NCBI GenBank assembly: GCA_016188475.1
Contig: JACPHT010000008.1
Span: forward strand, 34,489-98,488
Direction: 5' to 3'
Length of the DNA: 64,000 nt
DNA from: Candidatus Uhrbacteria bacterium
GTDB lineage: Bacteria > Patescibacteriota > Patescibacteriia > UBA9934 > GWF2-40-263
Position 1 is the stretch's first letter, and every line of letters begins with the position of its first letter. Positions 7,991 through 17,233 of this stretch are shown one piece after another. The notes beneath the pieces were generated by a model. That model saw nothing but the letters and a program-made list of their open reading frames with translations. It searched no databases and was not told the origin of the DNA. The translations under genes and the position numbers were made by a program.

Positions 7991-9298
7991 TTACAGACTA
8001 TGCAATGCTTTGCGAGCGGCAACCCGGTCATCCCATGGAATTTTTTTTCCTCCAGCAACGGCCATAACAGGCTCGTTTCCTTTTCCTGTTAACAAAACCA
8101 AATCTCCTGGTTGCGCGACTGCGATCGCTTTGTTTATAGCTTCCTCTCGATCAAGGATGCGAAATAAATTTATATTTTCTTGTTTTCCAACTTTAACTGC
8201 GGCATCTGCAATGTTGTTTATTATTTCCATTGGATCATCATCATAAGGATCCTCATTTGTAACAATCATGATATCGGCATTTGTAGCTGACATTTGTCCC
8301 AAAATTGCTCTTCGCGCAACATCTCGCCCACCGCCAGTCGAACCAAGAACATGGATAAAACGATTATAGCCAATAAGCTTCAAAGCCTCATAGCTCGCTG
8401 AAAGAGAGGCTGGTTCAGGCGCGTAATCAACAATTACAGAAAACGGTTGACCTTCATCAATAACTTCCAAACGTCCTGGAATTGGTTCAAGGCGCTCGAC
8501 AGCATCTTGAATCTGTTCAAGTGAAAGACCAAGCACTCGACATGTTGTTATTGCCGCGAGAACATTTTCAAAATAGAATCGTCCGATTGGTTTGAAATAA
8601 AATTTCAAACCGTGAATTTCAAACTTCGTTCCCGTTTTTTCAAACAGAACATGTTCAGCCCAAATAGTTCTCACTGGTTTTTTCTCACCTATCAGACCTT
8701 TCTGACCTTTCAGACCTTCTTCTTCATATCCAAATCCCCAAGACTCTCCTGATTGGAAAGATAAAAAATATTCCGCGTGCTCGTCCATGAGATTTACAAC
8801 CTTCGCGCGTTCAACATTTTCAAACAATTTTCCTTTTGCTTGTTTGTATGCCTCAAAACCTCCATGCGATTCAAGATGTTCTGGAGTTAAATTTGTAAAT
8901 ACAGCAACGTCATATCTAATTCCAACATGACGATATTGAGCGATACCTTGTGAAGAAGTCTCAATAACAGCATATCGACATCCGGCTTTTACCATCTGCC
9001 GCAACATTTTTTGAGTTTGAAAACGCCCAAGCATTGTCATTTTTTTGTCATTGACCCATTCGCGCTCCGCTATCTTAAATCCAACTGTCGTGGTCCATCC
9101 AACACGCTCTCCCAAGTGCTCCAAAATCCGACCAATAAATTGAACTGTCGTTGATTTTCCATTTGTTCCAGTTACACCAATTACAGTCAGTTGCTTTGAT
9201 GGATGCCTATAAATAAAAGTTGAGATGTGCGCAAACACAAAATGATAAGCACTGATCAGTGGTTTTGGAACGAATCTGCGAACAACTGATTTGATCAT
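7991..9298 (-). CDS. Mur ligase family protein (MurE/MurF/MurT-like, no N-terminal Rossmann domain)
   Basis: P-loop VIGVTGTNGKSTT. Mur ligase central and C-terminal domains. Lies downstream of murD. Confidence 0.6.
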   Translation of the reverse strand: MIKSVVRRFVPKPLISAYHFVFAHISTFIYRHPSKQLTVIGVTGTNGKSTTVQFIGRILEHLGERVGWTTTVGFKIAEREWVNDKKMTMLGRFQTQKMLRQMVKAGCRYAVIETSSQGIAQYRHVGIRYDVAVFTNLTPEHLESHGGFEAYKQAKGKLFENVERAKVVNLMDEHAEYFLSFQSGESWGFGYEEEGLKGQKGLIGEKKPVRTIWAEHVLFEKTGTKFEIHGLKFYFKPIGRFYFENVLAAITTCRVLGLSLEQIQDAVERLEPIPGRLEVIDEGQPFSVIVDYAPEPASLSASYEALKLIGYNRFIHVLGSTGGGRDVARRAILGQMSATNADIMIVTNEDPYDDDPMEIINNIADAAVKVGKQENINLFRILDREEAINKAIAVAQPGDLVLLTGKGNEPVMAVAGGKKIPWDDRVAARKALHSL

Positions 9299-10761
9299 AC
9301 AGTTTTTAGAGCCTCCACCACTGCGTTAAACTGATCACCGCGATCAAACTCGTTTTTGAAAATACCAAAACTCGCGGTCCCTGGTGAAAGCAAAATCACG
9401 TCTCCAAGTTTTGCTTCACTACGAGCAGAATCAATCGCTGATTGCATCGAGTTTACTCTTGTCATTGGAATTCCTTCTCCGATTGTTTGTGCGAATTGCT
9501 CAAGCGCTGTTCCTTCAAACAGCACGACTTGTTTACATTGCTCACGAATTTCTTTTGCAAGATCGCTCATCGCCAACCCTTTTGACGAGCCACCCGCGAT
9601 CAAAATTATATTTCCACCATTTCCAAAACGCTTAAGCGCCGCGATGGTTCCGTCAGGTGAAGTCGCAGTTGTGTCATTGACAAACATCACTCCTTCAATT
9701 TCAGCGATTATTTGTTGACGTCCTGGAAGTCCTGCAAAAGTTTTCAAAGTTTGATGAATGTTTTCGTCTGTCACACCAGAAAAATGCGCGACCAAAGAAG
9801 CACTAAGCGCGTTCATCATATTATGATCTCCCAAAATTTTAATATCGTGCACGTGCGCGAACTCGACTTGCTGTCCGTTTAATTTTCGAATCAAAGAATC
9901 GCCTTCACGAAACACGCCTGTCTTTTCAGAAACCAACGGCTTTGATGAAAACCAATAAACGCGTTTTGATGAAACACGAGACGCAATTCCGTCCATAAGT
10001 TCCTGATCGGCATTCAGAATAGCGATTTGATCTGGTTTCTGTTCTTTGAAAATAAGTTCCTTTGCTGAAAGATAATGTTCGAAAGAATCGTAACGGTCCA
10101 AATGATCTTGATACGCATTTGTCAAAAGCGCGATCTGCGGACCAATTCCAAGCCCTTCAATACTTTCCAAAAGCCATGATGATAATTCAAGCACGATTGG
10201 AACCGGCGCTTTTTCCTCAAGCAACCAATCAAGATCTTCAAGTGGTGAACGAGTTATGTTTCCTGCAACAACTGTTTTTGGATGAATTGTTTTTAACATT
10301 TCACCCAAGAGAGCGGTTGTTGTGGATTTTCCTCTTGTACCTGTCACACTAAAAATTGGAAACGGACAATATCTAAAAAATAAAGATATGTCGCTTTCAA
10401 CATGAATGTTGTTTTCTTTAGCAAGTTGAACAAACTTTGACTCGCGAGCAACACCCGGATTTTGAACAACCAAATCAACATTTGTGAAATCATCTTCGTG
10501 ATGTTCTCCCAAAACAAAAATCGGAGAATAAATTGAACGATCTTTGTATTCTTTTTTGTATTGACTATACCACTTTGTAATTTCTTCAACAGACTCTTTG
10601 AGTTCAGCTTCAGTTTTAAGATCCGTAATCACAATTTGAGCGCCGTGACGCATGAGCCACTTCGCGGCGCCGACTCCGCTTCCTTGTTTGAATCGACCTA
10701 AACCCATCACCGTTACCATGGCATCTTGAAAATTGTAGATTGAGGACAAGTCAAGGGACAT
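9295..10761 (-). CDS. murD: UDP-N-acetylmuramoylalanine--D-glutamate ligase
   Basis: N-terminal Rossmann VTVMGLGRFKQGSGVG. P-loop SVTGTRGKSTTT. Mur ligase C-terminal domain. Confidence 0.8.
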   Translation of the reverse strand: MSLDLSSIYNFQDAMVTVMGLGRFKQGSGVGAAKWLMRHGAQIVITDLKTEAELKESVEEITKWYSQYKKEYKDRSIYSPIFVLGEHHEDDFTNVDLVVQNPGVARESKFVQLAKENNIHVESDISLFFRYCPFPIFSVTGTRGKSTTTALLGEMLKTIHPKTVVAGNITRSPLEDLDWLLEEKAPVPIVLELSSWLLESIEGLGIGPQIALLTNAYQDHLDRYDSFEHYLSAKELIFKEQKPDQIAILNADQELMDGIASRVSSKRVYWFSSKPLVSEKTGVFREGDSLIRKLNGQQVEFAHVHDIKILGDHNMMNALSASLVAHFSGVTDENIHQTLKTFAGLPGRQQIIAEIEGVMFVNDTTATSPDGTIAALKRFGNGGNIILIAGGSSKGLAMSDLAKEIREQCKQVVLFEGTALEQFAQTIGEGIPMTRVNSMQSAIDSARSEAKLGDVILLSPGTASFGIFKNEFDRGDQFNAVVEALKTV

Positions 10762-10806
10762 AGAAAAAAGTCAAATGAGTCAATGGAGTCAAAGGAGACC
10801 TGACGT

Positions 10807-11469
10807 CTATTTATTTCTCCCAAACAACTTTGCGAGCCTTACTGTCAGCATCGCAATTCCGACCTGCCAAAACATACTTATATATTGTACCACAGCGAGC
10901 GGTATTGGGACTTTTTTATATTTTCGACGAAAAGTCAGGCCATGCATCACGACCGATCCAAAGCGCCACTTATGTAACTTACAAAAATAGTTCAACGCGC
11001 TTTCAACCATAAATCCATGTATAAATTCAGGAGGGACACTTTCAAAAACTCGGCGATTCATTGCGCGCTCGCCAGAAATAAGCGGAAGGTGCCGAGAAAT
11101 TGCTGTCCAAAAAATTCCACGATCACGGATCCCAACATTCATCATAAGCCCACCATTTATTACTGGAACCAAAAGCGTTTCAACGTGTTCCTCTGTAAGT
11201 CCAACAAGATCAGCGTCAAAAAAAGCAATAATTGGTGAGTTAGTTTGCGCAACAGCATACATCATAGCTCCTCCTTTTCCGGTTCGTTGTATTTTCAAAA
11301 CTTTTGCACCAGCTTTTTCAGCGACTTCTTTTGTGTTGTCTGTCGATCCATCAGAAATAACAAAAACCTCATCAACAAGTGGCGAAGCAACAAGCGGACG
11401 AATTACATTTTCGATAGTTTGTTCCTCGTTAAAGGCTGGAATGATTGCAGTAACACATGGACGATTCAT
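10807..11469 (-). CDS. Family 2 glycosyltransferase
   Basis: VTAIIPAFNEE...DGSTDNT...FFDADLV, DxD-type GT-A motifs. Confidence 0.7.
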   Translation of the reverse strand: MNRPCVTAIIPAFNEEQTIENVIRPLVASPLVDEVFVISDGSTDNTKEVAEKAGAKVLKIQRTGKGGAMMYAVAQTNSPIIAFFDADLVGLTEEHVETLLVPVINGGLMMNVGIRDRGIFWTAISRHLPLISGERAMNRRVFESVPPEFIHGFMVESALNYFCKLHKWRFGSVVMHGLTFRRKYKKVPIPLAVVQYISMFWQVGIAMLTVRLAKLFGRNK

Positions 11470-11480
11470 ATAGAGTAAGC

Positions 11481-12110
11481 CTACAAACGCTCGTTTTGAA
11501 CTTGACCTTGAAGGGTCTCCCCTTCCTGAAAAAGAATTATCGCTTCTTCATCTCCAGAAAACGTAAGATTCTGCAAAGCGTGAAGTGTTCGAGTGAAATA
11601 TGTCAAACACAATCGTTGCTCTTTTTTCGCAATTTGTCCTAAAACAGAATCACGCTGTGAAAATTCAGATCGCACGCACGCAAGTTTGATTGGAATCATT
11701 TTCACATTCACCAAAGCTCTAAATGCGTCTTCGCGATAAACTTTATCATGTTTATAAAAATAACGCGCATAATGAGCAACATGTTTTGCCCAAAGATAAA
11801 CACGCTCATAAAGCGGATCACGAAAAGTGTGAGCGCGCAAAACTTCTTTCAAAGATTCTTTGGCAAATGTTTTTATTTCTCGATCTGACGAATCTAAACT
11901 AAGAAGATGTTCTGGGCCAATTCTCAATGCCAAATCAGCTTCAAATTCAGCTTCAGTTTCAAGTTGTTCCTGAAGCACGCGTCCTTCCATTTTTAAAATC
12001 GGTCCACGAATTGATGGCGCGTGTTGTTTATATATTTCGTCAAGATCTTCCTCAAGAAGATCAATTTCATTTCTCTCAAACATCCACGGATTTGTTGATG
12101 GAAAAATCAT
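11481..12110 (-). CDS. Hypothetical protein. Its first ~27 codons are duplicated as a remnant at 14717-14797.
   Basis: No recognisable motif. N-terminus MIFPSTNPWMFERNEIDLLEEDLDEIY compares with the remnant MTFPSGNPRMLDRNEINLLEKENDGIY*. Confidence 0.5.
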   Translation of the reverse strand: MIFPSTNPWMFERNEIDLLEEDLDEIYKQHAPSIRGPILKMEGRVLQEQLETEAEFEADLALRIGPEHLLSLDSSDREIKTFAKESLKEVLRAHTFRDPLYERVYLWAKHVAHYARYFYKHDKVYREDAFRALVNVKMIPIKLACVRSEFSQRDSVLGQIAKKEQRLCLTYFTRTLHALQNLTFSGDEEAIILFQEGETLQGQVQNERL

Positions 12111-12215
12111 AAAGTTTTAATGTTTTTAATCTTACCATAAATCCATTATTACGATTGAAATAAATGATTTGAAGGTATATATTCAAGTTGTGGATAACTA
12201 ATTAAAGTTGCAAAT

Positions 12216-14654
12216 ATGCGTAAAAAAAATACCAATGGGTTTGCACATATTGGCTCGAATACGATCTGCAAGAATTTTTTACAACATTCAAAAGACGCGG
12301 TATTCATAGTCAACAAAAAAAATAAAGTCGAATACGCGAGTCCGTCTTGCAAAAAAATCTTTGGGTATTCCGCGAAAGAATTTATTAACGTACCGTGTTT
12401 GACAGAAAAAAAAATTCTTCATCCTTCGTGTAAAATACGTTTTGAAAAATTTTGGAAGGAATACGCGAAAAATAAAACTTTTCCTGTTAAAACTTCGGAA
12501 TGGAGATGGGTAAAAAAAGATGGAAAAGAAATATACACTAAAAATAGTTTTGTAAATTTATCAGAACACGGAAAAAGTGTTGGATTTTTAACAATCGCAC
12601 AAGACATAACTAAAGAAAAAGATAATGTTAAATTAACAGAACAACTTTCTTCTCTTCTAGATTCAATCAGAAAAATAGATCAACTAATTGTAAAAGAAAA
12701 AAATGAAGATATACTTCTGCAAAAAGCATGTGAAATTTTACGAGAAACAAGAGGATATAATTTTGTTTGGATCGGAATCGTCAATGAATATGAAAGAACT
12801 ATTACTCCTGTAGCTAGTTCTGGCCCTAAAATACTTCGTTCAAAACTCAAAAAATTTATTTGGACAAAACAAATGGAATCTTATTGCCATATTGTTCAAG
12901 TAATAAAGAATCGAAAAACCATATCATTAAATAAACTCACCTCTCCTTTTTTAGACATCAATAAATTATGCTCGTGGCATAAAGGTATAATTCAATATGG
13001 CGATATATCCACGATTTTCGTTCCATTAATTAGAGCTAAATTGGTATCAGCGATTATTGTATTAAGTTCTCCCGAGCCTAAAATTTTTAATCTTCATGAA
13101 ATAAAATTGATAAAAGAGCTGGCTAATAACATAGCGTTTGCTCTTCAGTCAATTAAAATAGAAAAAACAGCAAAAGAAAATGAAACGCTTTACACAGCAC
13201 TAGTTGAGCTTTCGCCGGACATTGTGGCAGTGCACAGTCAAGGAAAAATTGTGTTGGTAAACAAAGCCGCTGTAAAATCATTCGGCGCGAAAAACAAAAA
13301 AGAATTGATTGGCAAGCCTGTGATAAATTTTGTACATCCAGAAAGTCGGGCCGATGTCATAAAAAGAATTAAAAAAATGACGACGAAACACAGACAAGCT
13401 CCTCCGATTGAAGAAAGATTCCTTCGCCTTAATGGCACACCGTTTGATGTTGAGACATCGGCTGTACCAATAAAATATAAAGGGAAACCAGCGATTCAAG
13501 TTGTTGCGCATGATATTGGCGCGCGTAAAAAATCTGCGATTGCTTTGGCTCAGGAATCTTCGCTGGCGCAAAACATAATTGATCTGAATCCATACGCTGT
13601 TGCTCTTGGAAGATCAGACGGATATATCTTTAGAATCAACAAAGCATTCGTGCAACTTTTCGGTTCAACTCCGCCGCCAGATTACAACATATTCAAAGAT
13701 CCAATGTTGCTAAAATCCGACTATAAAAAATTATTCAAAAAAATGTTTGAGGGTGAGATAGTCGAGTTTCCAAAAATTTGGTACAACGCTCATAGACTAA
13801 ACCCGCGATTGCCTGACAAAGAAATTTGTATTCGCTCTGTATTTTTTCCAATCAAAGGAGTCAATAAAAAAGTTGAGTATGTGGTAGGAATGCACGAAAA
13901 CATCACGCAAGCGGCGCAAATAGACAAAGCAAAAAGCGAGTTTGTATCCCTGGCTTCGCATCAGCTTAAGACACCGTTGACTGGAATTAAATGGTTCACT
14001 GAACTATTGATGGATCACACAGAACAACAATTAACAAAGAGACAGTCTGAACTCGCAAAAGAAATTTCCATAGCCAATCAACGCATGATAACTCTTGTTA
14101 ATGCGCTGTTGAATGTTTCAAGGATTGAAATGGGGACAATGAAAATAGAGCCAAAAAAAATCAACGCGGAAGAACTAGCAAACGAGTGTGTAAGATTACT
14201 GATGCCTAGAGTCAAAAAAAATAATCAATATCTGACGAAAAATTTTCACCTGACACAAAAATTCGTCATCAACGATCGCAACTTATTGGCGATGATCATT
14301 CAAAATATTTTAGCAAACGCGATTCAATACACAAAATCAAACGGGCAAATTAAGTTTAGCCTTGAGAACAAACAGGATAATCTTTTGCTAACTATAAGCG
14401 ATACTGGAATAGGAATTCCACTCAGCGCTCAAGAAAAAATTTTCACAAAACTTTATAGGGCCGACAACGCGAAAATCTTTTCACCTAACGGAAACGGACT
14501 TGGGTTATATATCGTGAAGTCTGTGCTTGATTACATGAACGGAAAAATTTGGTTTACCTCAACAGTTGGAAAAGGAACAACGTTTTATGTAAGTATCCCA
14601 ATGAAAGGAATCACGAGAAAAAAAGGAACAAAAAATTTGATAATGAATGAATAA
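12216..14654 (+). CDS. PAS-domain sensor histidine kinase (812 aa), AT-richer than neighbours, opposite strand to flanking genes
   Basis: H-box SLASHQLKTPLTGI. N, G1 and G2 boxes (DTGIGIP, GNGLGLYIVK, GKGTTF). Several PAS-like blocks. Confidence 0.8.
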   Translation: MRKKNTNGFAHIGSNTICKNFLQHSKDAVFIVNKKNKVEYASPSCKKIFGYSAKEFINVPCLTEKKILHPSCKIRFEKFWKEYAKNKTFPVKTSEWRWVKKDGKEIYTKNSFVNLSEHGKSVGFLTIAQDITKEKDNVKLTEQLSSLLDSIRKIDQLIVKEKNEDILLQKACEILRETRGYNFVWIGIVNEYERTITPVASSGPKILRSKLKKFIWTKQMESYCHIVQVIKNRKTISLNKLTSPFLDINKLCSWHKGIIQYGDISTIFVPLIRAKLVSAIIVLSSPEPKIFNLHEIKLIKELANNIAFALQSIKIEKTAKENETLYTALVELSPDIVAVHSQGKIVLVNKAAVKSFGAKNKKELIGKPVINFVHPESRADVIKRIKKMTTKHRQAPPIEERFLRLNGTPFDVETSAVPIKYKGKPAIQVVAHDIGARKKSAIALAQESSLAQNIIDLNPYAVALGRSDGYIFRINKAFVQLFGSTPPPDYNIFKDPMLLKSDYKKLFKKMFEGEIVEFPKIWYNAHRLNPRLPDKEICIRSVFFPIKGVNKKVEYVVGMHENITQAAQIDKAKSEFVSLASHQLKTPLTGIKWFTELLMDHTEQQLTKRQSELAKEISIANQRMITLVNALLNVSRIEMGTMKIEPKKINAEELANECVRLLMPRVKKNNQYLTKNFHLTQKFVINDRNLLAMIIQNILANAIQYTKSNGQIKFSLENKQDNLLLTISDTGIGIPLSAQEKIFTKLYRADNAKIFSPNGNGLGLYIVKSVLDYMNGKIWFTSTVGKGTTFYVSIPMKGITRKKGTKNLIMNE

Positions 14655-14762
14655 AATCTGTTTTCCTTACGCATCTTTTTTTGTTTAATACATTGCTCTG
14701 TTTGTTCGTGCTGTTAATAGATTCCATCGTTCTCTTTTTCAAGAAGATTAATTTCATTTCTA

Positions 14763-15347
14763 TCAAGCATCCGCGGATTTCCTGATGGAAAGGTCATATA
14801 GCATTTCATCCAAACGTTTTAGATTACCTTTTGCCTGATCAAATTTTGTGCGCAAATATCCTGTAGCGTCCAAGTCGAGCATAAATTCAATTATCATCTC
14901 AACGGTATCCCGTGCGTGAACAACGCGATCTGTTTTTCCATGCGTTATGTTTCGCATTGTATAGCGCACGATCTCTCCGGTTGTGTCTGAAAGTCCTGAA
15001 AGATACACAAGAGGTTCCATCGCTCGTTTGTGAATAACACCAATTTTTCCAGTTGAAAAATACTGTTCAAACAAAAGCGCTTCCGCGTATTCTTCAAGAG
15101 CGGCTCTATACGAACCCTCAAAACGCAGACCTTCTACGCGCTTAAATAAGCTCTCGCTTTTCGCGAACAATGCGTCAGCTTCTTTCAACAACGCTTTTGA
15201 AGCATCTTGATCATCTCGATGGAGCGCAAATATCGCACGTTTACTTAGACTCAATGCTTCATTTGAAAAAGCGATAACTTCGCGACGCAACTGCTCTCGA
15301 GCAAGATGTGCGGATCGAATTGTTGTAAAAATTGATGGACGTTTCAT
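14763..15347 (-). CDS. Hypothetical protein
   Basis: ORF only; no motif recognised. Confidence 0.4.
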   Translation of the reverse strand: MKRPSIFTTIRSAHLAREQLRREVIAFSNEALSLSKRAIFALHRDDQDASKALLKEADALFAKSESLFKRVEGLRFEGSYRAALEEYAEALLFEQYFSTGKIGVIHKRAMEPLVYLSGLSDTTGEIVRYTMRNITHGKTDRVVHARDTVEMIIEFMLDLDATGYLRTKFDQAKGNLKRLDEMLYDLSIRKSADA

Positions 15348-15490
15348 ATCTTAAATTATGTTGTCTTTAACGGACATATCATAAGCGACAAGAGTTAATT
15401 GAGCAAACGTGAAAAATTACATTCTTGGCATTTTCTTGCCAAACAATAAAATTCCTGATATATTTTCGTCGCTTATTTTAAATGGATAAT

Positions 15491-15653
15491 GCGCTGGTAG
15501 CTCAGCGGTAGAGCAAGAGCCTTTTAAGCTCGTGGCCGTGGGTTCGATGCGCGAGCGAGCGAGGGGAGAGACCAAGCCAAATGCTTGGACTATCCCGAGC
15601 GAACGAACGCAATATGGCCGAGCCGTTTTAGGCGAGAGCCATATCCCCACCCA
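15491..15653 (+). pseudogene. Disrupted tRNA-Lys copy. Positions 1-58 (15491-15548) are followed by a ~95-bp GC-rich insertion, then an 11-nt T-arm/acceptor fragment atccccaccca (15643-15653). The 3' acceptor strand is missing.
   Basis: Positions 1-58 are identical to the intact tRNA-Lys 137 bp downstream. Seen directly. Confidence 0.6.
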
Positions 15654-15684
15654 TGTTGGGGATCGTCAGTACAACTTAACTTAT

Positions 15685-15759
15685 GCGCTGGTAGCTCAGC
15701 GGTAGAGCAAGAGCCTTTTAAGCTCGTGGCCGTGGGTTCGATCCCCACCCAGCGCACCA
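15685..15759 (+). tRNA. tRNA-Lys (anticodon TTT)
   Basis: Acceptor gcgctgg/ccagcgc perfect. Anticodon loop cttttaa. T-loop ttcgatc. CCA encoded. Followed by a terminator hairpin aaaacactcaa-cttg-tttgagtgtttt. Confidence 0.85.
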
Positions 15760-15965
15760 AGATAAAACACTCAACTTGTTTGAGTGTTTTATCTTTTATA
15801 GCGCAATCTATTCTTCCTCAATTGACAACACCTCTGTCACATGATACCTTTTTACATCACATTCTCTTCAGTGATTTGGTCGGAAAAATAATTTCCTACT
15901 AAATCGTTGCCGAGATGGTAACCGCTTTGGGATTGTCCCAAGTGCTCCTGTGATAGGAGGTTCTC

Positions 15966-16511
15966 ATGTTCGGAAAAGTTAGGTCAGAGCGTTCGTTCTC
16001 GCTCTGTCTCGCAGAAGAACTTCTGCGAGCAGAACTCAGGAAACACTTCGGCGACGAAGTCAAGATCTTTCAGATGAACATGGTGGCGACAAAACCAATC
16101 AAGCAATTTCCACAACCAGTGACGTTGACCGACCTTGAAATAAACCAGTCTTGGTCTAAGCACTGGGAGCGATACATAACAATGGTCGGACGTTTCGGTC
16201 CTGTTGGACGACTCTATCCTGACAATCCACCAGAGGATTTACGCGGTCGTATATTCCTAATCGAAGCCAAATGCAGACTGTTCTCTATTGAGTCAGGCTG
16301 TGTCATGTGGAGACCGCACTTCATGCGATATACCATCACAACAGATGAAGGTTTCAATCACGCTCAAGTCGTTCGGCTCTATGAAGACGGGAGAGTTTAC
16401 GGAGGAAGGCTGACAATGCTTGTTCCTGATAACCCGTGTCATGTCATGGTGGCGAGCCAAGGTCCTCGTGGATACGTTCCTGACGACTGGACGCCTCGTA
16501 TCAAGAACTAA
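15966..16511 (+). CDS. Hypothetical protein (181 aa), GC-rich islet next to tRNA-Lys
   Basis: SD-like ggagg 8 nt upstream. GC-rich codon usage. No motif recognised. Confidence 0.5.
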   Translation: MFGKVRSERSFSLCLAEELLRAELRKHFGDEVKIFQMNMVATKPIKQFPQPVTLTDLEINQSWSKHWERYITMVGRFGPVGRLYPDNPPEDLRGRIFLIEAKCRLFSIESGCVMWRPHFMRYTITTDEGFNHAQVVRLYEDGRVYGGRLTMLVPDNPCHVMVASQGPRGYVPDDWTPRIKN

Positions 16512-16615
16512 TCTGGGTCTTGCAAATTCATGCAAGACTCTTTTTTATTATCAACTCTTGCCATGCTTTTGTTTGCCTTGTATCATGCCATTACTAACAA
16601 AATAATTTTATTTCT

Positions 16616-16750
16616 ATGGACGGAACAGGAATTTGCACAGCCTGTGGAGTAAGCACGGGCGATGACGAAAAGGAAACATGTCCGGATTGTGAAGAAGCGG
16701 CTCCTGCAGAAGGAACTGACGAAGGGCCAACACTAGAACCAGAAGAATAA
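16616..16750 (+). CDS. Small acidic Cys-rich peptide (44 aa, CxxC...CxxC), not in the ORF track
   Basis: ATG at 16616. MDGTGICTACGVSTGDDEKETCPDCEEAAPAEGTDEGPTLEPEE*. Immediately followed by a strong terminator. Confidence 0.3.
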   Translation: MDGTGICTACGVSTGDDEKETCPDCEEAAPAEGTDEGPTLEPEE

Positions 16751-16756
16751 AAAAAT

Positions 16757-16790
16757 ATGCCCAACTCTGGGCGTATTTTTTTATTGAAAC
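16757..16790. terminator. Intrinsic terminator tatgccca-actc-tgggcgta + T7, bidirectional with the DoxX gene
   Basis: 8-bp stem with T-run, seen directly. Confidence 0.65.
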
Positions 16791-17164
16791 CAATCTTTTC
16801 CTTGCTTTGGCCAACCAACAAGAACCAGCAAAGCAAGCGGAGCTCCCCAATTCGCGAATCGTTCAATAAAATCCCAACCAGATTCTCCAACGATCGGACG
16901 AATAAGCGCTGTCCAAAATCCCCAAAACGCCATCCACAAAAGCGCTAGACGAACCGGTCGAAGTAAAATCACAACAGCAAGCACGATGTCTAAAACTCCA
17001 ATCAATATCAATAACTGCGTTGCAAGAGTGACGTCTGAAATTCCAAACGTTGAAAACCATCCGATCCAAGCCGGCTTTCCAGAAACTGCGAGCGCGCCGT
17101 GCCCGATAAATTCTCCGGCAACAGCGATTCGCAAAATCCACTCAATTTTTTTGTGGGAAGACAT
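16781..17164 (-). CDS. DoxX-family membrane protein
   Basis: Four TM. W/G-rich pattern typical of DoxX/DoxD. Confidence 0.5.
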   Translation of the reverse strand: MSSHKKIEWILRIAVAGEFIGHGALAVSGKPAWIGWFSTFGISDVTLATQLLILIGVLDIVLAVVILLRPVRLALLWMAFWGFWTALIRPIVGESGWDFIERFANWGAPLALLVLVGWPKQGKDWFQ

Positions 17165-17233
17165 AAATATAATGTTCTAAAATTTATTCCTTCGACAGGA
17201 GATAAATTTTTCTAATTTCTTAATTTAAATAAA

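Noticed and set aside
15417-15650. 77-aa minus-strand ORF
   Set aside because: Overlaps the tRNA-Lys copies entirely. Spurious.
16594-16890. Minus-strand ORFs 16594-16890 and 16614-16850
   Set aside because: They overlap the plus-strand small-peptide ORF, its terminator and the DoxX gene end. Low-complexity translation.
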